Notes: generated by a model from the letters alone, not told the origin. DNA of 64,000 nucleotides from Candidatus Melainabacteria bacterium (GCA_003153555.1 PLZS01000038.1:6120-70119), one strand, 5' to 3'; counted from the stretch's first letter, positions 45,395 to 54,241 are shown. A program made the numbers and translations.

Positions 45395-45596
45395 CCGGCA
45401 TCGAGCTCGCCCCGCGAAGAACCTCTTTATCAAGTTCTGTGACGATGCCGGAAGGGGAAGCTAAGCCGATCCTCAGTGATGCTGGCAGGGTTGGCGGCGC
45501 TCCCAGCATAGGAATAACCAACTGCTTACAATCAACCCGGAACCTTTCAACCCTTTCGGTGTCTACTTATTCATAAGTTCAAGCCTGAGGGGAGTT

Positions 45597-45896
45597 ATGA
45601 CTGAGTTAACAATTTACGGCAAGTACGCGAAAGAAGGCGATGCAGCTATAAAGTCCGGGAACTACCGCGAGGCGGAAGCCTGCTGGCACACAGCTATGAA
45701 GATAGCGGAGTATTTCGGTGAGCACGATCCTCGGCTGACTGAAAGCATGGAAAAGTTAGCCAGCGTATACAGCCAAATGGAACGTGTTCGGGAGGCGGAA
45801 AGTCTGCTGGCCACCGCAGGCAAAATCAAAACCAGAATCACTGGCACGAACATTCCACCTCAAGGCCCAATGAACCATAGTAGCCTGAAAGCTTAG
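45597..45896 (+). CDS. small TPR-like protein
   Basis: GAGG Shine-Dalgarno upstream. GNYREAEACWHTAMKIAEYFGEHDPRLTESMEKLASVY resembles kinesin-light-chain-type TPR units. Confidence 0.45.
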   Translation: MTELTIYGKYAKEGDAAIKSGNYREAEACWHTAMKIAEYFGEHDPRLTESMEKLASVYSQMERVREAESLLATAGKIKTRITGTNIPPQGPMNHSSLKA

Positions 45897-45956
45897 CTCA
45901 GGGTTATGCTATTCTTGATATCTCTTTTGATGTCCCTTTAGCGACCCAATACAAGC

Positions 45957-46829
45957 TTGACCCAAACCTCACTAGCTCCGATTCGCTGGCTGCTCACACC
46001 CTTTGCGGCGTTAGCAGCCTTTTTTGCCAGCCAGGAATTATTCTCGGTTATGACGAGCGTTCTCAAGCCGACCTTGCTTCCATCCCTGGCTCTATGGGCT
46101 GTGAGCGATTGGTGTGGCACGACTTTTGCAATATTGACTGCAGCCGAAATTGCTCCCTCCAGGAAAGGACAAGTATCGATCATTGCAGCCATCGTCTTGA
46201 TCGTATGGCACAGTGTTTTGCTGTTTATGTCTCCAAGCCATCCAATTTCGGCAACGTTTTCTCACGAAACAATAACGATCACCGCCTTAGGAGGAATTTT
46301 AATAGCTGGACTGCTCTGTGCGCGGGTTATTCGAAACGAACAACGAGTCGTGCCAGGAGACGAGCTCGTCCAAATAATGCTTCAACAGTTGGCCGAGTCG
46401 CGCGCCTTACTCGAGCACAATGATCCAGCCGAAGCCATCGATGTTCAATTCGAATTCGCGAAAGAACCGTCGCAGACCCGCACCATAGATCGAGACATGT
46501 TGCTGCTCGAACGAGAGCTGCGCTACATAAACTTGCAACGCACAGCGTACATCTCCGCAATTAGATTCGCTATAGCAGTCGAGAAGGATGCAGCATTCAA
46601 TAATTGCAAAGGCGAGTTTCTATTTTTTCATCAAATCGTTTTAGATAGCGCGATGCGACTTAGCGTGATGAAGAGTACCGAGCCGTTCTGGCGAGTGACA
46701 GCCAATCAGTATCGAGCCTATGAGAATCTTACCGAATCAGAGCGACGTTCATTAGTCGAACGAACAGAATTGCTTTTGCCAATTGAAGTAGACAACGGCG
46801 ATCCACTTGAAGTGTATGTAACAGCATAA
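45957..46829 (+). CDS. hypothetical membrane protein (about four N-terminal TM helices plus a soluble C-terminal half)
   Basis: Hydrophobic segments in the first ~125 aa; the rest is unrecognised. TTG start. Confidence 0.5.
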   Translation: MTQTSLAPIRWLLTPFAALAAFFASQELFSVMTSVLKPTLLPSLALWAVSDWCGTTFAILTAAEIAPSRKGQVSIIAAIVLIVWHSVLLFMSPSHPISATFSHETITITALGGILIAGLLCARVIRNEQRVVPGDELVQIMLQQLAESRALLEHNDPAEAIDVQFEFAKEPSQTRTIDRDMLLLERELRYINLQRTAYISAIRFAIAVEKDAAFNNCKGEFLFFHQIVLDSAMRLSVMKSTEPFWRVTANQYRAYENLTESERRSLVERTELLLPIEVDNGDPLEVYVTA

Positions 46830-46952
46830 AGTTTGCAAAAAACAAGAATGCTTTCAAAGAACGCGCTCTGGCGTTGGTAATTCAAAGGAGGTCGGCTGCA
46901 GGAAAACCTACAGCCGACCAGGAAAGTACATGCAATCAATTGTCAGTGAATG

Positions 46953-47618
46953 CTACGGTCCGCAATATTGATCAGGCGAGATGCCTGTTTGGTCTGTTCC
47001 AATTGGGCAGACTAGCGGATGCTGAAGATCGAGGGGCACGACAACGTCATTTATGGCGAAATTCTTTATGTCGTAGGCACCGCCATTGGTGGCGAACAGC
47101 GCGAGATTGTTGAATGTATAAGGTCCGATCGTGCTGAGATCATACTTGGCACTATAGAAACCATAGGCATCTGGTCCTACGATTGTAAAGTACTGACCCG
47201 ATGGTGCAGTAATGATTTTGAAGGGCACTCCATTTAGAGTGCCATCATCTCGAAGAAGAGTGCCTTGAGAACAATTGATAGCGGCAAGACCAGCACTGTT
47301 CAAAGGTCTCACTTGGTAGGAAAGACTTTTAGTGACAAGAATTCCGTTCGATATTCCTTCAATGTAAATTCCAGCTTGTGACTGGCTATAGCCTTCACCA
47401 GCAACCGATTCGATTCGGCTTAAGAGTGCGCCTTGCCGATGACGATTGACTGTTTTCGGAACAAGTTGGTTTACGTAGGCAACGTGCCCATCACCGCAGG
47501 TGTATAACCGGGAGAGTATCGTAGGCGCTGATTGAGCTGAGGCTTGCGGAGCAGATCCCATAGATACTGCGACAAAAATGCCGAAGGCCGCCAAACCGAA
47601 TGTGTTCTTTTTGCTCAT
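46953..47618 (-). CDS. hypothetical secreted protein
   Basis: Start placed at MSKKNTFGLAAFGIFVAVSMGSAPQASA (AGGAAAG Shine-Dalgarno upstream); the ORF extends to 47789. Confidence 0.55.
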   Translation of the reverse strand: MSKKNTFGLAAFGIFVAVSMGSAPQASAQSAPTILSRLYTCGDGHVAYVNQLVPKTVNRHRQGALLSRIESVAGEGYSQSQAGIYIEGISNGILVTKSLSYQVRPLNSAGLAAINCSQGTLLRDDGTLNGVPFKIITAPSGQYFTIVGPDAYGFYSAKYDLSTIGPYTFNNLALFATNGGAYDIKNFAINDVVVPLDLQHPLVCPIGTDQTGISPDQYCGP

Positions 47619-48193
47619 AGTGCTTTCCTTTTTTGAGTGATGCCTTGCCAGCAAATCCTTAGATCGTCTTTGTTCGGTAGCAGATATTGAATTTGTAAAG
47701 TAATCTTTGAAGGTAACGCAGATTTGCCTTCTTCGCTTGCGTGAGATTGTTCGATTCATGTCGTCTGATTGTCCATCATACGCTTCCAATGATTACTGCA
47801 ATCATCCGAGAGGATGATTACTTCGACGCAAAAGTAATCGCGTAAAGAGAATGTCAGATGTACCCGAACTGGTAAGCACTTCCACGCTTGAGTTCAGATC
47901 TCAATTGTGAACAATCAACAATGCAATGTAGCCTATACGTTACAATATTACGTTGAATTAGAGGTTGACAAGAAGCGAAAGCTGTGGGCGGATTGTCGGT
48001 GTGACCTCAGATGCCTGCCATATACGATTTTCTTGAGAACGTTGGAGCAGAACAAAATAAGCCGTGGATGTTTCTGAGCTAAACAGCTCAAATGCCACCA
48101 CACTCAGTACCGAAGAGATTGCAGCAAGATTAGCGACAATTTTGTATGTGTACTCGGCCTGAACAAATGCAAGTTCGGACTCCGGGTCAACTC

Positions 48194-48222
48194 TTGACTT
48201 TTATCTCCCAAAATGGGAGAAT
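48194..48222 (+). promoter_or_regulatory. candidate higBA promoter with embedded operator palindrome
   Basis: TTGACT (48194-99), a 17-nt spacer, then GAGAAT (48217-22). A perfect inverted repeat TCTCCCA-aaa-TGGGAGA (48204-48220) overlaps the spacer and -10. Confidence 0.4.
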
Positions 48223-48243
48223 TTTATATAGTGAGGGAAATTG

Positions 48244-48552
48244 ATGCGGATCAATCACTGGGGACGGGCAAGGCAATTCATAAAGAAACATCCCGAAGCT
48301 GAAAGCTCGCTTGCCACGTGGAAAAGAGCTGTAACCCAAGCAGTTTGGTTTAACTTTACGGATGTGAAGCAAACTTGCAATAGCGTTGATTGGTACGAGG
48401 GAGCTCTCATTTTCGACATTGGCGGTAACAACATTCGTTTGATCGCTGTTTGCCGTTTTGAGTTAGGCAGGCTGTATATCGACAAGGTCTTGAATCACGA
48501 TGAATATGACAAAGGAACGTGGAAGAAGCGTTATGTGAAGAAAAAACGATAG
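48244..48552 (+). CDS. higB: type II toxin HigB (RelE-fold mRNA interferase, HigB_toxin family)
   Basis: RINHWGRARQFIKKHPEAESSLATWKRAV..AVWFNFTDVKQ...IFDIGGNNIRLIA...LYIDKVLNHDEYDK matches the HigB family that pairs with C-terminal-HTH antitoxins. GAGGG Shine-Dalgarno upstream. Confidence 0.8.
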   Translation: MRINHWGRARQFIKKHPEAESSLATWKRAVTQAVWFNFTDVKQTCNSVDWYEGALIFDIGGNNIRLIAVCRFELGRLYIDKVLNHDEYDKGTWKKRYVKKKR

Positions 48553-48561
48553 AGGAATGCA

Positions 48562-48975
48562 ATGAAGCTGGCTATAAAACCTGATAAAAAATACCTTGAA
48601 CGTATCAAGCAGTTTCCGTTGAAACCAATTCGTTCCGAACAGGAAAATGAAATGGCAGCTGATGTGTGCGACAAACTTTTAGACAATTTTGATTCACTCT
48701 CGCCAAATGAACGCGACTACTTAGAAGTGCTATCCAAGCTTGTGGAAGACTTTGAATCCCAGTGGCAAGAAGAAAAATTAGTGGACCCACGAGAGCTACT
48801 CAAGTTTCTCATGGAGCAAAACAAGCTAAGTCAAACTGACCTTATCCCTGAATTTGGATCATCATCCCGCGCATCTGAATATCTTTCAGGAAAACGCCCA
48901 AATCTTTCTTTGCCTCAAATTCTTAAGCTCTCGAAGAGATTTAGTCTTTCGCCAAGTGCATTTATCCGAGGATAG
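48562..48975 (+). CDS. higA: HigA-type antitoxin with C-terminal HTH
   Basis: Lies 9 nt after higB. LMEQNKLSQTDLIPEFGSSSRASEYLSGKRPNLSLPQILKLSKRF is the HTH segment. Confidence 0.7.
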   Translation: MKLAIKPDKKYLERIKQFPLKPIRSEQENEMAADVCDKLLDNFDSLSPNERDYLEVLSKLVEDFESQWQEEKLVDPRELLKFLMEQNKLSQTDLIPEFGSSSRASEYLSGKRPNLSLPQILKLSKRFSLSPSAFIRG

Positions 48976-49065
48976 CCTATGCACACTAGTGGGGTCTATG
49001 CAGCAAAGCTGCCCGACTCCGCAAGCTGCTCGGCATAATCCGAGGATAGCCTATGCAGCTAGTGG
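48964..49065 (+). repeat. direct repeat duplicating the higA 3' end
   Basis: atccgaggatagcctatgca occurs at 48964..48983 (covering the higA stop) and again at 49038..49057. Both are followed by (c)actagtgg / gctagtgg. Confidence 0.7.
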
Positions 49066-49125
49066 AGAATTACATGCAACCGTCGAGCCCGTGATACTGT
49101 AGAGACTCACCGGACTGGTTCTAAC

Positions 49126-49596
49126 ATGAACGACATTGAGCTCAAAGCTCTCGAATTGAAACGCAAGGCGTGGGAAGTGCTGGACTGCAAGGCGGAAGCC
49201 GATGTTTTGTTTCAAGAGCTTTACAGGCTGGAGCGGCAAACTCCAGAGTTTTTCGAAGCAGTTGCAAAGCAACTAGAGGAAGACAACGGCAGATGGGCTG
49301 CTACCTCGGCGCTTCCCAATGCGGAAGTAAAAAGAGAGCCAACAACCACTCGGATTGAAGAAATCTGTTTTCACGCGCTGGATCCACAGACACAGGTGCA
49401 TCCGCATTCAGAAAACAAAACGGAATTTAAGCATATAGCAGTGCCTAAATCTGCAGCTGAAGAAATGAGCCGAAGTACCGATAAAGATTCCGAGCCATTG
49501 TCGGTGATTGTGTGGCGATCAGATTATGGCGACAGAGCGTGGATTGAAGATTTCGCCAAAGATTTTAGCGAGAACAAGAAGAAAGATGCCAACTAA
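49126..49596 (+). CDS. hypothetical protein
   Basis: 156-aa acidic/helical ORF. No motif recognised. Confidence 0.4.
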   Translation: MNDIELKALELKRKAWEVLDCKAEADVLFQELYRLERQTPEFFEAVAKQLEEDNGRWAATSALPNAEVKREPTTTRIEEICFHALDPQTQVHPHSENKTEFKHIAVPKSAAEEMSRSTDKDSEPLSVIVWRSDYGDRAWIEDFAKDFSENKKKDAN

Positions 49597-49645
49597 CATA
49601 GCGCAGCAATTTCAAACTTCAATTCAATTACTTTCGGAGATTTAA

Positions 49646-51043
49646 ATGAGTACAAGCGCAATTCAGGATGTCTTTAAACGCTATGACGTTAGAGGTATTT
49701 ATCCATCTGAGTTGGATGAAGACGTAGCCTTCCAGATCGGCAAGTATTTTGTTCGGCTTCTCAAGGCGAAAACGGTCGCCGTTGGCAGAGACATGCGCGT
49801 TAGTGGTATCAAACTTTTTGATGCATTGGCCGCTGGTATCACAGAGAGTGGCGCAACGGTTGTAGACATCGGTCTTGTGTCGACTGACGCTTTGTATTTC
49901 GCGGTGGGCAACTATGGTTACGACGGCGGAATTATGATCACCGCATCGCATAACCCTGCTGAATACAACGGCATGAAGTTTACTGGGAAGAACGCGGAGG
50001 CGCTCTCACTTGAGACCGGCTTATCTGAGATCCGAGATCAAATCGTTTCGAAGCAGACATATAAGCCTGACAGCGCGCTGTCTAGCTCTACGGACAGGCA
50101 ATCTTCAAATAGTAATGCTCCTAAGACAGCAAACATAGTTGAAAGAGATGTGCTCGATGATTTTGCCAAACACTGCTTATCCTTCATTGATCCCAAGAAA
50201 ATCAAACCGTTTAAAATCGCAATTGACGCTGGCAACGGAATGGGCGGTAAAATTGTTCCGCCGGTTTTCAAACATCTGCCATGTGAGGTAATTCCGCTTT
50301 TCTTTGAATTGGATGGCAGTTTCCCAAATCATCCAGCTAATCCGCTAGATCCTGAGAACATGCGGGCTTTGCAAAGCGCTGTGCTGAAAAATGGATGTGA
50401 TTTAGGAATCGCCTTCGATGGCGATGCGGATCGGATGTTTATCCTCGATGAGAACGCGAATCTGATCACGGGTGATATCGTCACGGCCCTGGTGGCAATC
50501 AACATACTGCAGCATAATCCTGGACAAAAAATTCTCTACAACGTGGTTTGTAGTCAGACTGTGCCAGAAGTCGTTGCAGCAAATAACGGCATTCCTCGAC
50601 GATCGCCCGTCGGTCATTCGCTGATTAAAAAAATCATGAGGGACGAAGACATCATATTCGGTGGCGAGCACAGTGGACACTTCTATTTCAGGGATAACTG
50701 GTATGCAGATTCCGGCATGATTGCGTTATTGCAATGCCTTCAGGTTTTTAGCGAATCAGGAAAAAAAGTCAGTGAAATAATTTCGCCGATCGATACGCGT
50801 TTTCGTTCTGGTGAAATCAATAGAACAGTCGCTGATATTCCAGCGGCGATCAAAAAACTAGAAAATCACTTCAAAGACGCGAAGCTGGATTATTTAGATG
50901 GCGTGACAGTGCAATACCCAGATTGGTGGATGAACATTCGCAGCTCTAATACTGAGCCTCTCTTGAGAATCAACATCGAGGCGAAAGACCGAATCGTCAT
51001 GGAAGAACGACTACAAGAAGTTCTTGCTCTAGCCGGAGATTAA
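49646..51043 (+). CDS. phosphomannomutase/phosphoglucomutase
   Basis: Active-site TASHNPAEYNGMKF, metal loop FDGDADR, GEHSGH. Confidence 0.9.
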   Translation: MSTSAIQDVFKRYDVRGIYPSELDEDVAFQIGKYFVRLLKAKTVAVGRDMRVSGIKLFDALAAGITESGATVVDIGLVSTDALYFAVGNYGYDGGIMITASHNPAEYNGMKFTGKNAEALSLETGLSEIRDQIVSKQTYKPDSALSSSTDRQSSNSNAPKTANIVERDVLDDFAKHCLSFIDPKKIKPFKIAIDAGNGMGGKIVPPVFKHLPCEVIPLFFELDGSFPNHPANPLDPENMRALQSAVLKNGCDLGIAFDGDADRMFILDENANLITGDIVTALVAINILQHNPGQKILYNVVCSQTVPEVVAANNGIPRRSPVGHSLIKKIMRDEDIIFGGEHSGHFYFRDNWYADSGMIALLQCLQVFSESGKKVSEIISPIDTRFRSGEINRTVADIPAAIKKLENHFKDAKLDYLDGVTVQYPDWWMNIRSSNTEPLLRINIEAKDRIVMEERLQEVLALAGD

Positions 51044-51071
51044 CCGACTCGACGACTACTGCAAGGCGAGC

Positions 51072-51170
51072 TGGCTTGTGGGTCCGCCGTTGCGTGCTAG
51101 CATGATAATAGTTGAACTTTTTTGCTGTGTCAGACGTATAAGTAAGTGATGAGTTTACGAGGTGCACATC
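51072..51170 (+). repeat. conserved leader of the coiled-coil gene family (copy 1)
   Basis: gcttgtgggtccgccgttgcgtgctagcatgataatagttgaacttttttgctgtgtcagacgtataagtaagtgatgagtttacgaggtgca is near-identical to 54242..54339. It contains the palindrome tgctagca, a TTGAAC/TATAAG pair (19-nt spacer) and a GAGG Shine-Dalgarno. Confidence 0.85.
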
Positions 51171-51452
51171 ATGGCTGAATGGGAAACGGCATTTGAAAGG
51201 TTAGCTGGCGAGATGCGCATTGGCTTTGGTCAGGTCGTTTCAGCGGTTCAACAAACCAACGAGCAACTTGTTCAAACCAACCTACGATTGGACCAAACCA
51301 ACGAGCAGCTTAAGGAGTTTAAGCAATCGGTAAACTCAAAGCTGGATGGTATCGGTAGTTATCTCAAATTGATTGACCGGAATTTTGCGGGAGTGGAAGT
51401 GAGACTGACGAAGATAGAGCATCGAGTAGACAGGCTGGAAGACGTAGGGTAG
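51171..51452 (+). CDS. small coiled-coil protein, family copy 1 (3 QTNxxLx heptads)
   Basis: MAEWETAFERLAGEMRIGFGQVVSAVQ, then QTNEQLV QTNLRLD QTNEQLK (51252..51314), then EFKQSVNSKLDGIGSYLKLIDRNFAGVEVRLTKIEHRVDRLEDVG. Confidence 0.7.
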   Translation: MAEWETAFERLAGEMRIGFGQVVSAVQQTNEQLVQTNLRLDQTNEQLKEFKQSVNSKLDGIGSYLKLIDRNFAGVEVRLTKIEHRVDRLEDVG

Positions 51453-51453
51453 G

Positions 51454-51508
51454 ACTTTTTTGCTGTGTCAGACGTATAAGTAAGTGATGAGTTCACGAGG
51501 TGCAGATA
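51454..51508 (+). repeat. short (3' half only) leader, copy 2
   Basis: acttttttgctgtgtcagacgtataagtaagtgatgagttcacgaggtgca. It lacks the tgctagca palindrome and the TTGAAC box and starts 2 nt after the copy-1 stop. Confidence 0.8.
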
Positions 51509-51811
51509 ATGGCTGAATGGGAAACGGCATTTGAAAGATTAGCTGGCGAGATGCGAATTGGCTTTGGTCAGGTCGTTTCAGCGGTTCAACAAACTAACGT
51601 GCGGTTGGACCAAACCAATGAGCAGCTTGTTCAAACCAACCTACGATTGGACCAAACCAACGAGCATCTTAAGGAATTCAAGCTATCCGTAAACTCAAAG
51701 CTGGATGGTATCGGTAGTTACCTCAAACTGATTGACCGGAATTTTGACGGAGTAGAAATGCGACTGACGAAGATCGAGCATCGAGTAGACAGGCTGGAAG
51801 ACGTAGGGTAG
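51509..51811 (+). CDS. small coiled-coil protein, family copy 2 (4 heptads)
   Basis: Same N- and C-terminal modules; the heptad array at 51590..51673 reads QTNVRLD QTNEQLV QTNLRLD QTNEHLK. Confidence 0.7.
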   Translation: MAEWETAFERLAGEMRIGFGQVVSAVQQTNVRLDQTNEQLVQTNLRLDQTNEHLKEFKLSVNSKLDGIGSYLKLIDRNFDGVEMRLTKIEHRVDRLEDVG

Positions 51812-51860
51812 GCGAACAGTAACAATTTTTCCCACCCCGGAATTACCCGTAATTATTGCG

Positions 51861-52496
51861 ATGAAAGAAACGAACACACCGACGCATCTATCAGCAGATG
51901 AGTACTTGCGTGCAGAAGAAGTCAGTACTTTGCGGCGAGAGTATGTAGACGGACGCGTATTCACCATGACCGGCACGACACTCAGGCACAATGCCCTGGT
52001 GAACAACATATATTCCGCGCTTCGCGCACACACAAAAAACGGTCCCTGCAAAGCCTATACAATTGACGTAAAAGTACATGTGCAAAGCGCGAATAGTTTT
52101 TATTATCCCGACGTTGTCGTTACCTGTAGCAAATCGCCTGATAATAGCTTGATTGTGGAGTCTCCAGTTTTTATTGCTGAAGTGTTATCGCGCTCTACTA
52201 GCCTTGTCGACCGGCGCGAGAAAGTGGTCACCTACAAGCAACTTCCCTCGTTGAAGGAATATTTGATTGTTCATCAGACAAAAAAGAAAGTAGAGTTGCA
52301 TCGTAGAATAGATTCTAATTCTTGGGAGATTCTGGAACTGATTCAGGGCGAACTCCTACTCTTAGTGTCCATGCCTTGTGGCCCAATGCGAATAACATTC
52401 GATGACCTGTATGAAGACGTACAGTTCGAATCTGGATTCGTCAAAGAAGAACCAACTGAGTATGAAACATCTCAAGAAGGGGAATTTGATTACTAG
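51861..52496 (+). CDS. Uma2-family (DUF820) endonuclease with acidic tail
   Basis: EYVDGRVFTMTG.T..H, YYPDVVV and IAEVLSRSTSLVDRREKVVTYKQLPSLKEYLI. The tail reads EEPTEYETSQEGEFDY. By eye, roughly half its residues match the 31403..32080 protein. Confidence 0.8.
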   Translation: MKETNTPTHLSADEYLRAEEVSTLRREYVDGRVFTMTGTTLRHNALVNNIYSALRAHTKNGPCKAYTIDVKVHVQSANSFYYPDVVVTCSKSPDNSLIVESPVFIAEVLSRSTSLVDRREKVVTYKQLPSLKEYLIVHQTKKKVELHRRIDSNSWEILELIQGELLLLVSMPCGPMRITFDDLYEDVQFESGFVKEEPTEYETSQEGEFDY

Positions 52497-52566
52497 GTGC
52501 GAGAGCTTTCATCGCTCCAGCAATTCGTTTTAGTGCAACATCAACCCCGAGTGACCGGCAACGCGA

Positions 52567-52666
52567 GCTTGCAGTGGATCTGGCGTTGCGTGCTAGCATG
52601 CTAACAGCTGAACTTTTTTGCGGTGTCAGACGTATAAGTAAGTGATGAGTTCACGAGGTGTGCATA
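52567..52666 (+). repeat. conserved leader, copy 3 (more diverged 5' part)
   Basis: gcgttgcgtgctagcatgctaacagctgaacttttttgcggtgtcagacgtataagtaagtgatgagttcacgaggtgtgca. Confidence 0.8.
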
Positions 52667-53011
52667 ATGGCCGAATGGGAAATGGCATTTGAAAGGTTAG
52701 CTGGCGAGATGCGCATTGGCTTTGGCCAGGTCGTTTCAGCGGTTCAACAAACTAACGTGCGGTTGGACCAAACCAACGAGCAGCTTGTTCAAAGCAACCT
52801 ACGATTGGACCAAACCAACGAGCATCTTGCTCAAACCAACCTACGGTTGGACCAAACCAATGAGCAGCTTAAGGAGTTTAAGCAATCGGTAAACTCAAAG
52901 CTGGATGGTATTGGTAGTTACCTCAAACTGCTTGACCGGAATTTTGACGGAGTAGAAATGCGACTGACGAAGATCGAGCATCGAGTAGACAGGCTGGAAG
53001 ACGTAGGGTAG
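52667..53011 (+). CDS. small coiled-coil protein, family copy 3 (6 heptads)
   Basis: Heptad array 52748..52873: QTNVRLD QTNEQLV QSNLRLD QTNEHLA QTNLRLD QTNEQLK. Confidence 0.7.
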   Translation: MAEWEMAFERLAGEMRIGFGQVVSAVQQTNVRLDQTNEQLVQSNLRLDQTNEHLAQTNLRLDQTNEQLKEFKQSVNSKLDGIGSYLKLLDRNFDGVEMRLTKIEHRVDRLEDVG

Positions 53012-53059
53012 GAAACAACGGCGCATCTATCAGCTAGTAGGTGCGCGAGCTTTCATTGC
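53012..53059 (+). pseudogene. internally deleted remnant of a Uma2 endonuclease gene
   Basis: gaaacaacggcgcatctatcagc resembles 51867..51895 (Uma2 codons 3-12). It is joined directly to tagtaggtgcgcgagctttcattgc, which resembles 52491..52515 (the Uma2 stop plus downstream). About 595 nt of gene interior are missing. Confidence 0.5.
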
Positions 53060-53076
53060 ATTCGTCGTGCTGCGTT

Positions 53077-53331
53077 TTACTCAGTCGGTGGCTTGATTAT
53101 CCCGAGAATGATTCCCACAGTCCGTTCTACTGCTTCCATCGTCGCAGGGGAGACGATGCCTAGTTTCTCTTTCAGCCGCTCATGGGAGATGCAACGCATC
53201 TTCTCGCAAAGGATGTAACTATCTAAAGTCAGATCACCCTCCCCGGCTGGAATGGGGATGCGAGTCCTGACCTTTCGAATTTTACTGGTTATCGGAACGG
53301 CGTAGACGAGCTCGGCGCTAGCAGAATCAGA
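53077..53331 (-). pseudogene. 5'-truncated MazF/PemK-family toxin
   Basis: My hand translation of the minus strand reads ..SAELVYAVPITSKIRKVRTRIPIPAGEGDLTLDSYILCEKMRCISHERLKEKLGIVSPATMEAVERTVGIILGIIKPPTE*. This is the PemK pattern PiTs......v.i.....L...S.il.dqir.i...Rl...lG.ls...m. There is no start codon, and the N-terminal ~35 aa are absent. Confidence 0.55.
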
Positions 53332-53350
53332 ACTATTTGGTCAATCATGC

Positions 53351-53566
53351 TTGCTGACAGCAGCCGCATTTTTTTTGCCGTCGCTGCCTGATTCGCCCTT
53401 CGACGAAGTCATGGCTCTTCCTTATCACTTGTACGTACTTTCCACTCAATATCCCGATGCCGCGAGAATCAGACCAATGCTGGATGCAACAGCCTTTGTT
53501 CTGCTTTTGATCGTCTTCGGTTTTAGCTTAGTCGCACTCACGATCAGGCATAAGAAAAGGGCGTGA
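53351..53566 (+). pseudogene. pstA: C-terminal fragment of phosphate ABC permease PstA
   Basis: Only 71 codons, ending in a TM helix plus a basic tail ([23 protein letters not shown]). It is coupled to the pstB start (GTGA overlap), as in pst operons. Confidence 0.5.
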
Positions 53567-54185
53567 TATTCATGGTCAATAAGGAAACTGTAAATGATGT
53601 GGCAGACCTTGACAGGTTGGCACCAAAAATACTCATCGAGAACTTGAACATTTTTTACGGTGACATTCATGCTGTTCGTTCAGTGAACATGGCATTACCA
53701 GACAAGAAAGTGACAGCCCTGATTGGTCCGTCAGGTTGTGGCAAGAGCACCCTGTTGCGTTCTTTGAATCGCATGAACGACTTGCGTTCAGAGATAAGAA
53801 CGACCGGGTGCGTTCTGATAGATCGGTTTAATATCTATGATAAAGCAATTGATATCAATCAACTTCGGAGAAAAGTGGGCATCGTTTTTCAAAAAGCGAA
53901 TCCATTTCCTATGTCCATCTTCGACAATATTGCGTACGGTCCGCGAGTGCACGGGTATTCATAATCAGAACCAGCACGGCGATGGTCGAGCAACTGATCC
54001 GCCAACTTTGCGACAAACTCTCCATTGTCGTTGTTACTCACAACATGCAGCAAGCGGCAAGAATTTCTCACCGGACAGGTTTTATGTACAAGGGCTCACT
54101 CGTCGAGTTCGGCGAAACTTCAGCATTTTTCAGCAACCCGAAAGAGGAGCAGTCCCAGAAATACCTTGCAGGTGCATTTGGCTAA
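53563..54185 (+). pseudogene. pstB: phosphate import ATP-binding protein PstB with internal deletion
   Basis: The N-part has Walker [10 protein letters not shown] and [22 protein letters not shown], then a stop at 53964. The C-part (53982..54185) resumes at VEQLIRQLCDKLSIVVVTHNMQQAARISHRTGFMYKGSLVEFG. The LSGGQQQR signature and Walker B segment are missing. Confidence 0.75.
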
Positions 54186-54241
54186 TACATTTCCCGAGTT
54201 TTAATTTCCGAACATGGCATCTAGAGCTAAGTCTAGCTCAC

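Noticed and set aside
45395-45596. I looked for a decayed DppD/DppF ATPase remnant after the permease genes.
   Set aside because: Only a vague ..IELAP..EEPLY.. resemblance, split over two frames, is present. That is not enough to call.
47970-48205. A startless ~77-codon open frame on the minus strand upstream of higB (..EYTYKIVANLAAISSVLSVVAFELFSSETSTAYFVLLQRSQENRIW..).
   Set aside because: It has no start codon for most of its length, no Shine-Dalgarno and no recognisable family. It may be another gene fragment, but I cannot support a call.
51112-51142. TTGAAC ... TATAAG as a sigma-70-type promoter for the coiled-coil genes.
   Set aside because: It is kept only as a remark inside the leader feature. 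The spacer is 19 nt, which is suboptimal, so I do not report it as a separate promoter.
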